64,000 bases of DNA from Synergistales bacterium (GTDB lineage Bacteria; Synergistota; Synergistia; Synergistales; JAFGMB01). The position numbers were made by a program, and so were the translations under genes. Shown here piece by piece: positions 20,815-29,933 of this stretch (position 1 is its first letter; each line of letters begins with the position of its first letter). Under the pieces are notes generated by a model. It was not told the DNA's origin and made no database searches. It saw nothing but the letters and a program-made list of their open reading frames with translations. The DNA lies in assembly GCA_963666205.1 (NCBI GenBank), contig OY762654.1, positions 1,248,001-1,312,000 on the forward strand, in the 5' to 3' direction.

Positions 20815-21660
20815 TTAAGATACGTTTTTCCTGAAGAGTGGAACCGGATCAGCTCCCGAAGAATGACTGTGGAAATCTTCTCCCTCCAGAGGACAGTCCA
20901 AAGCTGCAGAAGGGATGACTACGGGAACGTCTCCTGCAAATATAAGCTCGACCTTGAGTCCATATATATCTTCAATGACCGACGCATTTATCTCCTCTCT
21001 GCTCAATGAATAGGCGATACGTCCATCCTTGAGGAAGAGGAACCTGTGGCCAAAACGGAAAGCCGTGTTCAGATCGTGCATGGTAACCACCGCTGCCAGA
21101 CCATGACCTGTGACGATATGGTCAAGGATCTCCATGACCTCCACCTGGTTCTTGAGGTCCAGGCTGCTGGTGGGCTCATCAAGTAAAAGAAGACCCGGCT
21201 CCTGAGCCAGTGCCCTTGCTATCATAACCTTCTGGATCTCCCCTCCGCTCATTTCATCCAGACTTCTAAGGGCAAGGTCTTCCAGATGAAGGGTCTGAAT
21301 TATTCCATCAACAGCTTTCAGGTCATTTTCTGTTACGTGCCACCCCATGTGTGGTCTGCGGCCAAGAAGAATAGCATCAAAAACAGAAACCCTCCCCGAC
21401 TGATTCCTCTGGGGAACATAACCTACCAGCCTTGCTATTTCCCGCTGGGAGAGGGAGAAAAGATCCTTCCCGTCAAGTAACATCTTCCCCCGTCCGGGAG
21501 TCAGGATACCGTTCATACATTTGAGAAGCGTAGACTTGCCTACTCCGTTGGGCCCCATGATCATCACTGTTTCACCGGGAGAAACGTTCAGAGTGATATC
21601 GTTCAGTACAGGACGTGAAGGATATTGAAAGTTCATATCCATAACCTGAAGTATCATCAC
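20815..21660 (-). CDS. Metal-chelate ABC transporter ATPase
   Basis: GPNGVGKST, MSGGE.QK and LLLDEPTS.LD motifs, with a His-containing tail. Confidence 0.92.
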   Translation of the reverse strand: MMILQVMDMNFQYPSRPVLNDITLNVSPGETVMIMGPNGVGKSTLLKCMNGILTPGRGKMLLDGKDLFSLSQREIARLVGYVPQRNQSGRVSVFDAILLGRRPHMGWHVTENDLKAVDGIIQTLHLEDLALRSLDEMSGGEIQKVMIARALAQEPGLLLLDEPTSSLDLKNQVEVMEILDHIVTGHGLAAVVTMHDLNTAFRFGHRFLFLKDGRIAYSLSREEINASVIEDIYGLKVELIFAGDVPVVIPSAALDCPLEGEDFHSHSSGADPVPLFRKNVS

Positions 21661-22724
21661 CTGTTCCCCCTTATTATCAGGTAAATAAACAGAGGTGCTC
21701 CCAGAAATGATGTAAGGACCGAAACGGGAAGTATCCTGGGTGAAATAACCGTCCTGGCTGCCAGATCCGCTCCCAGAAGAAGCAGTGATCCAACTATTGC
21801 AGCTCCGGGGATAAGGAATCTGTGGTCATCTCCCACTATTTTCCGGACCATATGAGGAGCCACAAGACCCACAAAACCTATCACGCCCACACAGGAAACA
21901 ATAAGAGCTGAAATCAGGGACGCCATGAACATTCCAAAAAGGCGTACCCTTTGAACTTTTACACCAAGAGAATGGGCAGATTCCTCTCCGGCGTCTATGG
22001 CATTATAGTCCCAGGATCTCCAGAGAAAGAAAAACATGGACAGCATGGATGCCAGTGAGAGAAGGATTACCTGAAGCCAGTCAGCCCTTGCCAGATCCCC
22101 GAAGGTCCAGAAAACCATCGCTGCCAATTCCGTATCGTCGGCAAAGAACTGAAGGATAAGGGTCCCTGCAGTAAACAGAGATCCAATTGCAACCCCTGAA
22201 AGTACTATGGATTCAGGAGAAATATTTCTTCGTCTTGAAAGAGCGAGGATGACCACTGTAGCTATAATGCTGGAACCAAATGCAAAAAAGAAGGTCAGTG
22301 GCATATTATTTATGGTAACAGCATTGGCAAGAGTGCTCTGCATTCCCCCCGAACCAAGAAGGATAACAGAAAAGGCCGCTCCGAATGCCGCAGCCTGTGA
22401 TATTCCAAGGGTAAAAGGCGATCCCAGAGGATTTCTCAGCAGGGACTGCATTACCCCTCCCGATACAGCCAACCCCACACCTGCTGCTATAGCGGCAAGA
22501 GCCTGTGGAAGACGGATCTTCCAAACTATGAGGCTCGTCTGCCTTGAAACATCATGACCATACAGACTCTTGAGGACCTCGGAAGGTGCAAGACGGACAG
22601 GACCAAGACAGAGAGAAAGAACAAACAATATAAGCAGCAATGCTCCCCCTGTAAAAAGCCATGTTTTTTTCCTGACTATATAAGCCCTGTAAGCGGCAGG
22701 ATCATGACCTCGTTCAATATGCAT
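21657..22724 (-). CDS. FecCD/BtuC-family ABC permease
   Basis: IRLP, Q.LLRNPL.SP..LGI, GEE.A.SLGV and GVIGFVGLVAPH motifs. Confidence 0.92.
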   Translation of the reverse strand: MHIERGHDPAAYRAYIVRKKTWLFTGGALLLILFVLSLCLGPVRLAPSEVLKSLYGHDVSRQTSLIVWKIRLPQALAAIAAGVGLAVSGGVMQSLLRNPLGSPFTLGISQAAAFGAAFSVILLGSGGMQSTLANAVTINNMPLTFFFAFGSSIIATVVILALSRRRNISPESIVLSGVAIGSLFTAGTLILQFFADDTELAAMVFWTFGDLARADWLQVILLSLASMLSMFFFLWRSWDYNAIDAGEESAHSLGVKVQRVRLFGMFMASLISALIVSCVGVIGFVGLVAPHMVRKIVGDDHRFLIPGAAIVGSLLLLGADLAARTVISPRILPVSVLTSFLGAPLFIYLIIRGNR

Positions 22725-22727
22725 ATA

Positions 22728-23855
22728 TTATTTCAGCTCCAACCTTTCGAAGGCCATACCCTTGAAGGAATCCTTCATAACATGGAACACGTCCTTATCC
22801 ACAAGGAATCGGAATATCTCATCAGCCTTTGCTTCCGGATCAACATCCTGAAAACGGTCAGGATAAAGCATTTTACCTATAAAATAGGCATTTGCCAATA
22901 TACTCCCGAAATTCTGGCTATACCAGTTATAGGGAAGGACCCCATATACTTCTCCAGTTTTAACAGCCTTAAGTTCCTGCCAGATGGGATCGGTCCTTAA
23001 TTCTGCAAGGGCACTTGCATCTTTCGGAGCATTGAGGGTGGAAAGATCGATAAAGATCACTTCCGGATCCCATTGAAGTATCTTTTCCCTGGAAACATCA
23101 GCCTGTGAGGAGGATCCTGTAAGCTCTTCTCCTGCAAAAGCCACGTTAGGAGTTCCCGTAAAGGCAAAAGGTGGATAACCCTTTTCCGTGGATCGAAGAC
23201 CATGGGGACCCTTGTAGGCGATCCCTCCCACATAAGCAGTTTTCCTGGAACCCTCTTCCATACCCTTCATCCGTCTGGACAGGTCCGTTATGTTATCTTC
23301 CAGAAAATCAATTACTGCTTCTGCCCTGTCTTTTTTGTCCATTACCTGCCCCATTATTCTTATGGACTGATAAAGGTTATCTTTCTGGTTAAAGAGGTTC
23401 CCGTATTCAAGGGGTATAACGGGTATACCAGTAGATTCCTGAAGCTTTCCTGCCGGAGTTCCCATCTCAGGATAGGTTTTGAAAATAACCTGCGGAAGAG
23501 ACTCAAGGGAAACTACAAGCTCTGGCCTTGTAAGACCTCGAAATTCACCTGTCTGGGGCAGATTTCTGAAAAAGGGGTTAGCTAGAAAATAGGGTCTTGG
23601 ATCTATGGGGATGTTTCTTTTCTCGATATCCTCAACTCCCGAAATCGTGCGGTGAGCCTGAAGATAGGTAAGCAATCTGAGGCAACCGGGGCCGGAACAT
23701 AGCACTTTTTCGACTTTCCTGTCAGCACTCAGAACATTGCCAAAGGCATCTTTTACGTCGGGATCATTCTCTGCAGAGAGAATTCCTGAAAAAGAGATCA
23801 GTAGGATTAAAGCAATAATGGTTATATTACATATTTTTCTGGAAGACAAAACCAT
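22728..23855 (-). CDS. FecB/BtuF-type ABC substrate-binding protein
   Basis: Signal peptide and class III SBP motifs (W..L.AVK.G.VY, YP..F.D.D). Start is ATG 23855 or TTG 23849 after GAGGTG. Confidence 0.88.
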   Translation of the reverse strand: MVLSSRKICNITIIALILLISFSGILSAENDPDVKDAFGNVLSADRKVEKVLCSGPGCLRLLTYLQAHRTISGVEDIEKRNIPIDPRPYFLANPFFRNLPQTGEFRGLTRPELVVSLESLPQVIFKTYPEMGTPAGKLQESTGIPVIPLEYGNLFNQKDNLYQSIRIMGQVMDKKDRAEAVIDFLEDNITDLSRRMKGMEEGSRKTAYVGGIAYKGPHGLRSTEKGYPPFAFTGTPNVAFAGEELTGSSSQADVSREKILQWDPEVIFIDLSTLNAPKDASALAELRTDPIWQELKAVKTGEVYGVLPYNWYSQNFGSILANAYFIGKMLYPDRFQDVDPEAKADEIFRFLVDKDVFHVMKDSFKGMAFERLELK

Positions 23856-23905
23856 CACCTCGTAACAGGGATTAGTAAAAACAGATTCAGAACATTTCCA
23901 GTATT

Positions 23906-23933
23906 GTAGCACATATTATTGATTTCGTAGCAC
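23906..23933 (-). promoter_or_regulatory. GTGCTAC-N14-GTGCTAC direct repeat overlapping an extended -10 (TGCTACAAT); candidate metal-responsive repressor site
   Basis: Perfect 7-bp direct repeat two helical turns apart, just upstream of the ABC-fmdE operon. Confidence 0.55.
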
Positions 23934-23971
23934 GATAGATCCGATTTTCAAGCCCTTACTATCTCTAATAC

Positions 23972-24006
23972 AAAAAAAGAGGACACCCCTCTCCAGGGCT
24001 GTCCTC
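23972..24006 (-). terminator. Intrinsic terminator after rhodanese 1
   Basis: GAGGACA...TGTCCTC stem followed by T7 on the minus strand, about 35 nt after the TAG at 24040. Confidence 0.7.
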
Positions 24007-24039
24007 AAAAGTTTCCTCATCTGTACTATTTATGTAATA

Positions 24040-24441
24040 CTACTCTCTGGGTTGTACCGGGTAACCCGCCTGGATCCAGGCTTTCCAGCCTCCCTTGAGA
24101 ACCTGAATATTTTCGAAACCTGCATCGATCATTTTTCGCGCCACACTGGCGCTTGTGAATTCGAAGGGTCAGGCACAATAGATAACGTATCTCTTGTCCT
24201 TGGGATAATCTGGAATCCATTCTTCCGTCTTCCAGGGATCTCCTCTGAAAGAACCCTCGATCATCTCATCACTCTTTTTCCAGTCACTGGTCTTCCTTGA
24301 ATCAATTACCACAAGATCTTCTGTTCCCAAAACACTGTTGAGTTCATCTACAGTGATCTTTGGAACAGCTTCTGCGATCATGGGAATGAACAGAAATAGC
24401 GACAACAATAGAACCAGGAACAGGGGTTTTCTAATTTTCAT
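24040..24441 (-). CDS. Exported rhodanese-domain selenoprotein 1 (in-frame TGA at 24169-24171 = Sec, motif YCAUP)
   Basis: Read-through gives ...YCAUPFEFTSASVARKMIDAGFENIQVLKGGWKAWIQAGYPVQPRE*, a complete rhodanese C-terminus (133 aa). RBS AGGAGGTGAT and an AEA signal peptide are present. Confidence 0.88.
24138..24152 (-). promoter_or_regulatory. Candidate bacterial SECIS apical hairpin, gene 1
   Basis: GCGCCA-GUG-UGGCGC starting 16 nt after the UGA, with G first in the loop. Confidence 0.75.
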
Positions 24442-24621
24442 AAACAAAATATCACCTCCTTTCATATATTTTCACATTTTAACATAATACGTGTTTAAAT
24501 ACATATCTATATTCTCCCCGGGTTATTTATCCGGATCTACAGAAATAAGGAATTCCAATTTAAAATTTAACAAGTCCTGACTCAACTTTTGGACCTGATC
24601 ATGACTATTGAACTGCAAAGG

Positions 24622-24652
24622 AAAAGACAGCCCACTCTTCAGGCTGTCTTTT
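24622..24652 (-). terminator. Intrinsic terminator after rhodanese 2
   Basis: AAAAGACAGCC...GGCTGTCTTTT inverted repeat. Confidence 0.7.
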
Positions 24653-24686
24653 AAAGGATCTTCACATTACGCATTTTATAGAATGA

Positions 24687-25097
24687 TCATTCTCTTGGCT
24701 GTACCGGATAACCCGCCCTGATCCAGGCTTTCCAGCCTCCCTCAAGGGCCTGTACATTCTCATACCCCCCCTGGATCATTGTCTGCGCCACCCTGGCGCT
24801 GGTGAATTCAGAGGGTCAGGCGCAATAAAGAACAAATTTCTTATCCCTGGGGTATTTTTTCATCCACTCTACCGTCTTCTCCGGATCCTCCCTGACGGCA
24901 CCCTGGATCATTTTATCGCTCTCTTCCCAGTCGCTTTGTTTCCGGACATCGATAATAACAAGATTCTCTTCTCCCCAGATACTGTAGAGTTCATCTACTT
25001 TTATCTTTGGCACTGCTGCTTCAGAAATTACAGGTATCATAAAAAACACCATAAACACAAGAAAAAGGAGGAGAGGTTTTCCAGCTTTTTGAAACAT
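24687..25097 (-). CDS. Exported rhodanese-domain selenoprotein 2 (in-frame TGA at 24816-24818 = Sec, motif YCAUP)
   Basis: Read-through gives ...YCAUPSEFTSARVAQTMIQGGYENVQALEGGWKAWIRAGYPVQPRE* (136 aa), colinear with paralog 1. RBS GGAGGTGAT and a signal peptide are present. Confidence 0.88.
24785..24799 (-). promoter_or_regulatory. Candidate bacterial SECIS apical hairpin, gene 2
   Basis: GCGCCA-GGG-UGGCGC 16 nt after the UGA. A lower stem CCCUCUG/CAGGGGG is possible. Confidence 0.75.
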
Positions 25098-25314
25098 AGG
25101 ATCACCTCCATACCAGTATGCTTGTATTTTATCATACATAACTACCATATCATTGTTGCACACTTGTAAACCGAGCTTCAGAAATACCTGGACCATGATA
25201 GAAGTATAGCTATCTGTCATAAAACAAGAAAAGAGCGGACTCTTTATCAAGCCCGCTCAAATTAATAGACGGTATTTCACTTCAATATATTTCTCTCAAC
25301 TTATCATTGACACT

Positions 25315-26700
25315 TTATTCGGGTATTTCAGAATAATTTTCTCTTATTCCTTCATTTCCCACTTTATTTTCACCGTTCCACCATCCGGGAAGAAGCCTTG
25401 CAATTACTATTGTACCCAGGGCAAGGGCTGTAAAGAACATCCCGACATGCAAGATACCGTATTTCATCATCAGGAGAGGCATGAATGCAAAGATAAACCA
25501 TATGTAAAGAGAGGTAATGGCAAAGGCCATTGACCATGAACTGAGAGCCTCAGTCTTGAAATCCGGATCGACAAGTCGAAGCAGTAGAATACCTGTAGCA
25601 CCCACTCCGGTACATTGACCAAAGTTAATAATACTTCTTTCAAACCAGTCCTGGCGTGGTAGCATTCTCTTCCCAAAATACATGGTAATGAAAATAGTCA
25701 TTGCCAGACCCACACTACAAAGGACGGTTATGGGTATGATATAACCCATAACTGCTTTAACCGGCAGAGAAATGATCGCTGAAACGACGAGAAAATCGAC
25801 AAACATACCCATCAGTCTGGCCTTGACTACAGGATCTATCAGCCAGTCTAACCCCACCTTACACATGCCAAACCATATAAGGGCCATAAGGATGATCCCC
25901 CATGCCCATGGAGCCACTCGATGGATTATGCTGCCTGCGAATAATTCCCTGACCTGAAAAGCGGCACCTACCGTGATAAGGATAACTGCAAGCATGAAGG
26001 AGTATGGTTCAATCGCAGCAGGATACTGGATCTGTTTCCCTAGGTATTTTGCATTTTCCGGACGGCTATAGCCCTTGATGATCTCTTCCGGAAGATCATC
26101 CGGACTGGATAGAAAATTGGTATAGCCCTTTCGAGCCGCATAATTTATCATCACGATTCCCGCCAGGATCCCTCCCAGAATACCTACAGTAGCGGTAGTC
26201 AAACCGACACCCTGGCTGTCAAGCCACCAGTCAACCCCCATTTCTTTAAGGGATGATCCCAGCATAGCAGCTGTTCCATGCCCTCCGGCAAATCCGGCCC
26301 AGAGCTCGAAACCAAAAGTTTTATAGGTTACCTTAAGAAAGGCGGCTCCTGTTAGCAACCCTACCCCGATCTGGGCAAGAAAGTGGAGATTAAGGTGAAG
26401 GAATTGCCGCCCAACTCCCCCGGCAAGTTCTTTTGGTTTTGGGAGCTTGATTCCAAGAACTGATGCGGTGATAACAACCGTAATGAGAACCCCTGGAAGT
26501 TTTGAAAATTCTTTCATCCATTCTTCACTTACCGGTATTACTCCCAACACGTTAGGACACAGTATCAAACCTATTACTCCGCCGATAAGGCTTGCAGGAA
26601 GAAACAGTTTTCTAAGAGGTTTTACCCAGACCCTTACGACGTATCCAAGCAACAGAAAAACACTCAACAAAATGAACTGTTTGAGAATCGTTTCAGACAT
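25315..26700 (-). CDS. Sodium/glutamate symporter (GltS/ESS family)
   Basis: LFLPASLIGG, GF.GGHGTAA, AT.G...G...G and FGQ.TGV.ATG.LLLR.VDP motifs. Confidence 0.88.
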   Translation of the reverse strand: MSETILKQFILLSVFLLLGYVVRVWVKPLRKLFLPASLIGGVIGLILCPNVLGVIPVSEEWMKEFSKLPGVLITVVITASVLGIKLPKPKELAGGVGRQFLHLNLHFLAQIGVGLLTGAAFLKVTYKTFGFELWAGFAGGHGTAAMLGSSLKEMGVDWWLDSQGVGLTTATVGILGGILAGIVMINYAARKGYTNFLSSPDDLPEEIIKGYSRPENAKYLGKQIQYPAAIEPYSFMLAVILITVGAAFQVRELFAGSIIHRVAPWAWGIILMALIWFGMCKVGLDWLIDPVVKARLMGMFVDFLVVSAIISLPVKAVMGYIIPITVLCSVGLAMTIFITMYFGKRMLPRQDWFERSIINFGQCTGVGATGILLLRLVDPDFKTEALSSWSMAFAITSLYIWFIFAFMPLLMMKYGILHVGMFFTALALGTIVIARLLPGWWNGENKVGNEGIRENYSEIPE

Positions 26701-26820
26701 ATTTTCCCCCCCTATTATCTTCTGAGATTACGGATCACATAAATCTGCCTTTATACATAAACTCCCCCAAAGAATATTTCACGGGGGAAGCCTTCCCCTG
26801 GAAAAATGATTTATTAAGGA

Positions 26821-28017
26821 CTAACCGGAAACAGATTTCCAATCTGCACTTTTTATCGCAAGATATGTCTGCCATGCAGTTCCCCATGCAAGAATACTTT
26901 CATCGAAGATCATGGCCGGATGATGGACCCCATTTTCACCATTTACCCCAAGCATAATGAAACATGATGGTATCTCCCTGGAAAAGAAAGAAAAATCTTC
27001 TGAACCCATAAAGGGATTTTCCTTTTCGATGACTTCCTCCCAGAATTCCGGTCCCATTTCAAGAACTTTCTGGGTCAGGAATGGATGATTAATAACAGAT
27101 CTGTAGTTGCACTTATATTCGAAAGAGGTATCAAGCCCGTATGAATCTGCAGTTCCATGACATATCTCTTCGAGTCTCCTCTGGATAAGTCTCTGCACTG
27201 GGTCGGTAAAAGTTCTTACAGATCCTGAAAGAGAAGCAGATCCAGGAATAATATTCTCCCCGGAACCTGCATGGACCTGTCCTATTGAGACTACCGCCTC
27301 TTCGAAGGGGTCGATATTCCTGCTTACCAGGGTGTTAATGGCTCCTATCATCTGGCCAAGGGCTGGTATGGGATCTTTAACCAGGTGAGGTATGGATGCA
27401 TGTCCTCCCTTACCCTGGATCTCAATATAGAAACGGTCGCTATTCGCAGTGAAGGCATTTTTTCTTGTAGTGATGCTCTTGTGAGGCAGAAGGACCGGCA
27501 TTAGATGATGTCCGAAAATACAATCCATGGGATATTTTTCAAGGAGACCCTCATCGATCATCTTCTTTGCCCCCGCAAAACCTTCCTCAGCCGGCTGAAA
27601 AACAAGGATGACTTCTCCCTTTAAATCCTTTTTACGCTCAGCGATCAGTTCGGCGACCCCCAGCAGCATGGCCACATGTCCATCATGACAGCAGGCATGC
27701 ATAACCCCTCCAGAAACGGAAGAATAGGGTAAACCTGTTTCCTCTTTCATGGGCAGGGCATCCATATCCGCCCTCATCCCTCTTGCAGGCCCAGGTTTAT
27801 CGCCTTTAATTCTTCCGACAACACCAGTAACACCAATACCAGTAGAAACTTCATAACCCAGAAGATCGAGGACTTCTGCCACTATTGATGAAGTCCTGAT
27901 TTCCTCAAAAGCCAGCTCAGGGTGTTTATGGAAGTCTCTCCTCCACGAAATGATCTTATCCTCTATGGATAAAGCGCTTTGCAGAAAAGATCGAGCCTCT
28001 GTATTCATTACCTTCAC
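26821..28017 (-). CDS. M20D family amidohydrolase
   Basis: H.HPEL.F.E, RADMDALP, MHAC.HD.H, FQPAEEG, GKGGHA and SEDF motifs. Confidence 0.93.
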   Translation of the reverse strand: MKVMNTEARSFLQSALSIEDKIISWRRDFHKHPELAFEEIRTSSIVAEVLDLLGYEVSTGIGVTGVVGRIKGDKPGPARGMRADMDALPMKEETGLPYSSVSGGVMHACCHDGHVAMLLGVAELIAERKKDLKGEVILVFQPAEEGFAGAKKMIDEGLLEKYPMDCIFGHHLMPVLLPHKSITTRKNAFTANSDRFYIEIQGKGGHASIPHLVKDPIPALGQMIGAINTLVSRNIDPFEEAVVSIGQVHAGSGENIIPGSASLSGSVRTFTDPVQRLIQRRLEEICHGTADSYGLDTSFEYKCNYRSVINHPFLTQKVLEMGPEFWEEVIEKENPFMGSEDFSFFSREIPSCFIMLGVNGENGVHHPAMIFDESILAWGTAWQTYLAIKSADWKSVSG

Positions 28018-28024
28018 CTTTTTT

Positions 28025-29356
28025 TCAGTTGCTCATAAGATTTGGCAGGAATAGGGATATCTGCGGAAATAAAATAAGTATCCCAAGAACAACGAGTTCG
28101 CAGAAAATAAAAGGCCATACCCCCCTGAACACCTCTTCCAGAGAAGTATCCTTACCTGCCACACCTTTCAGGGCATAGACGTTCAGACCAACCGGCGGAG
28201 TGATTGCTGCTATCTCACCAAGTTTCATAATGATCACACCGAACCAGATAGGATCATAACCAAGAGATACGATGATCGGGAAAAAGATGGGCAGGGTAAG
28301 GGCCATGATGCCGGTAGGAATAACTATCATCCCAAGAAGGAACCAGATCAAAAGGATTCCTGAAAGCACAGCAAACCTGGGCATATCCCATCCTGTTATC
28401 AGGTTTGAAGCAAAAGAGGGAATTCTTGTAAGGGCAAGAAATCTGCCAAAGAACAGTGCTCCCACCATAATAATGAATATCATGGAAGTAGTATGGGCCG
28501 AATCCCTCATACCCTTCCTGATAGCCTGAATGGATCGGATCTTCCCCTGTTGAAACCCCAGGACCAGCGCGGAAAGGGCTCCTACTGCTCCGGCTTCGGT
28601 AGGAGTGAAGATACCTGAATAGATGCCACCCAGCACTATGGCTGCTATCAATCCAATTGACCACATCTTCCGTAACGAACCCAGTTTGCCTTTCTCCACT
28701 TTTCCGATTCTTTCACTTTCAGCAGAATCCCGAGGGGCAAGAGAGGGATTTCTAAGCACCCTTAGAATTATCATCACCGAAAAGGCGGCAGCTGTAAGGA
28801 TACCTGGAAGAATCCCTGCCATGAATAATTTTCCTATAGACTGTTCTGTAAAAATTGCATAGACAATAAAACCGGCACTTGGAGGGATCATTGCGGCAAA
28901 ACCGCCTGCAGCAGCGATACTTCCCAAAGCGAAAGGTTTATCGTACTTATAACGGGTCATCTCCGGCAGTACTATTTTCCCGAATAATGCTGCGGTTGCC
29001 AGGGATGAACCCGATACTGCCCCAAAAGCGGCACAACCGAAACAGGTGGCTATGGCCAAAGATCCAGGCAAGCCTTCGGTCAGATCATGTATACCTTCAT
29101 AAGCCTGCTGTGCAAAAGAACCCATGGCCGCAAAAGCTCCCATCAGGATGAAAAGAGGAAGGGCACAGAAGGTTGGCGTCGCAATGGTATAGTACATTGT
29201 CTGACTGAGAAAGCTCATAGCTCCCTGAAATCCCACCAGAACCGCGATCCCCAGAAATCCAACAACAAAGAAGTCAATAGCAATATGGATCCCCTTACCA
29301 AGCAATATCAACAACAGAAGGATACCTATCAGACCAACAGTTACAGGATCCATCAT
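28025..29356 (-). CDS. dctM: TRAP transporter large permease
   Basis: LPLFILMG, F.AVSGSS.A, MIPPS, FTPTEA and ITPPVG.N motifs. Confidence 0.93.
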   Translation of the reverse strand: MMDPVTVGLIGILLLLILLGKGIHIAIDFFVVGFLGIAVLVGFQGAMSFLSQTMYYTIATPTFCALPLFILMGAFAAMGSFAQQAYEGIHDLTEGLPGSLAIATCFGCAAFGAVSGSSLATAALFGKIVLPEMTRYKYDKPFALGSIAAAGGFAAMIPPSAGFIVYAIFTEQSIGKLFMAGILPGILTAAAFSVMIILRVLRNPSLAPRDSAESERIGKVEKGKLGSLRKMWSIGLIAAIVLGGIYSGIFTPTEAGAVGALSALVLGFQQGKIRSIQAIRKGMRDSAHTTSMIFIIMVGALFFGRFLALTRIPSFASNLITGWDMPRFAVLSGILLIWFLLGMIVIPTGIMALTLPIFFPIIVSLGYDPIWFGVIIMKLGEIAAITPPVGLNVYALKGVAGKDTSLEEVFRGVWPFIFCELVVLGILILFPQISLFLPNLMSN

Positions 29357-29868
29357 TTGCCATCTCCCCCCATCGCCGGTTTTGACCAGATATCAGAGAT
29401 CATTGACACTGCATTGATCACAAGTTGGAACAGGTAGAAGATACAGCCGATAAAAATAATGAATTTCACCGGGTAGACAGGAAGAGGAGTGGTCCCTGAT
29501 ATGGCTTCCCCAGTATCAAATGAAAAGATGGCATTAACATATGAAGCGTAGGAAGCAATGATCATGAAAAGAATGGCGATCCCATAATCGAAAAGATCGG
29601 ATATTTTTCTGGAACCAGGAGACAGCTTTTCAATAAAGAATTCCACTCTTATATGGCTTCGATTCTCCTCACAATGGGATAATCCCAGGTAAACCGTTGC
29701 TACAAGAGCAAATACAGCCATTTCACTTACCCCTTGGACAGGTTTTGAGAAGAACCTTGAAACAATATCGAATAAAAGTAAAGCCATTATGGCAGTAACC
29801 AGCCATCCACTAAGCTCGGCCAGAGCGTTATTCAGTCTATGAAGCAAATCAGAAATCGAGTTGAGCAT
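29353..29868 (-). CDS. dctQ: TRAP transporter small permease
   Basis: 4 TM with D..SR, E and HIRV motifs, located between dctP and dctM. Confidence 0.9.
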   Translation of the reverse strand: MLNSISDLLHRLNNALAELSGWLVTAIMALLLFDIVSRFFSKPVQGVSEMAVFALVATVYLGLSHCEENRSHIRVEFFIEKLSPGSRKISDLFDYGIAILFMIIASYASYVNAIFSFDTGEAISGTTPLPVYPVKFIIFIGCIFYLFQLVINAVSMISDIWSKPAMGGDGK

Positions 29869-29933
29869 GGTTGCCTCCTTTTGAACCCGAAGAAAGGGCA
29901 GGTCTGTTTATGACCTGCCCCTGGATCCAAAGA

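Noticed and set aside
23860-23970. Cobalamin riboswitch upstream of the BtuCDF-like transporter
   Set aside because: The leader is too short and lacks recognisable B12-box or GGGAA elements.
24765-24771. G7 tract in rhodanese 2 as a phase-variation switch
   Set aside because: The tract is short and in frame, and may just be part of the SECIS lower stem.
24169-25250. ORF-track calls of 98 aa and 144 aa as complete proteins or nonsense pseudogenes
   Set aside because: The same TGA position in two diverged paralogs, conserved downstream coding and SECIS-like hairpins favour Sec recoding. The upstream start extensions overlap the true RBSs.
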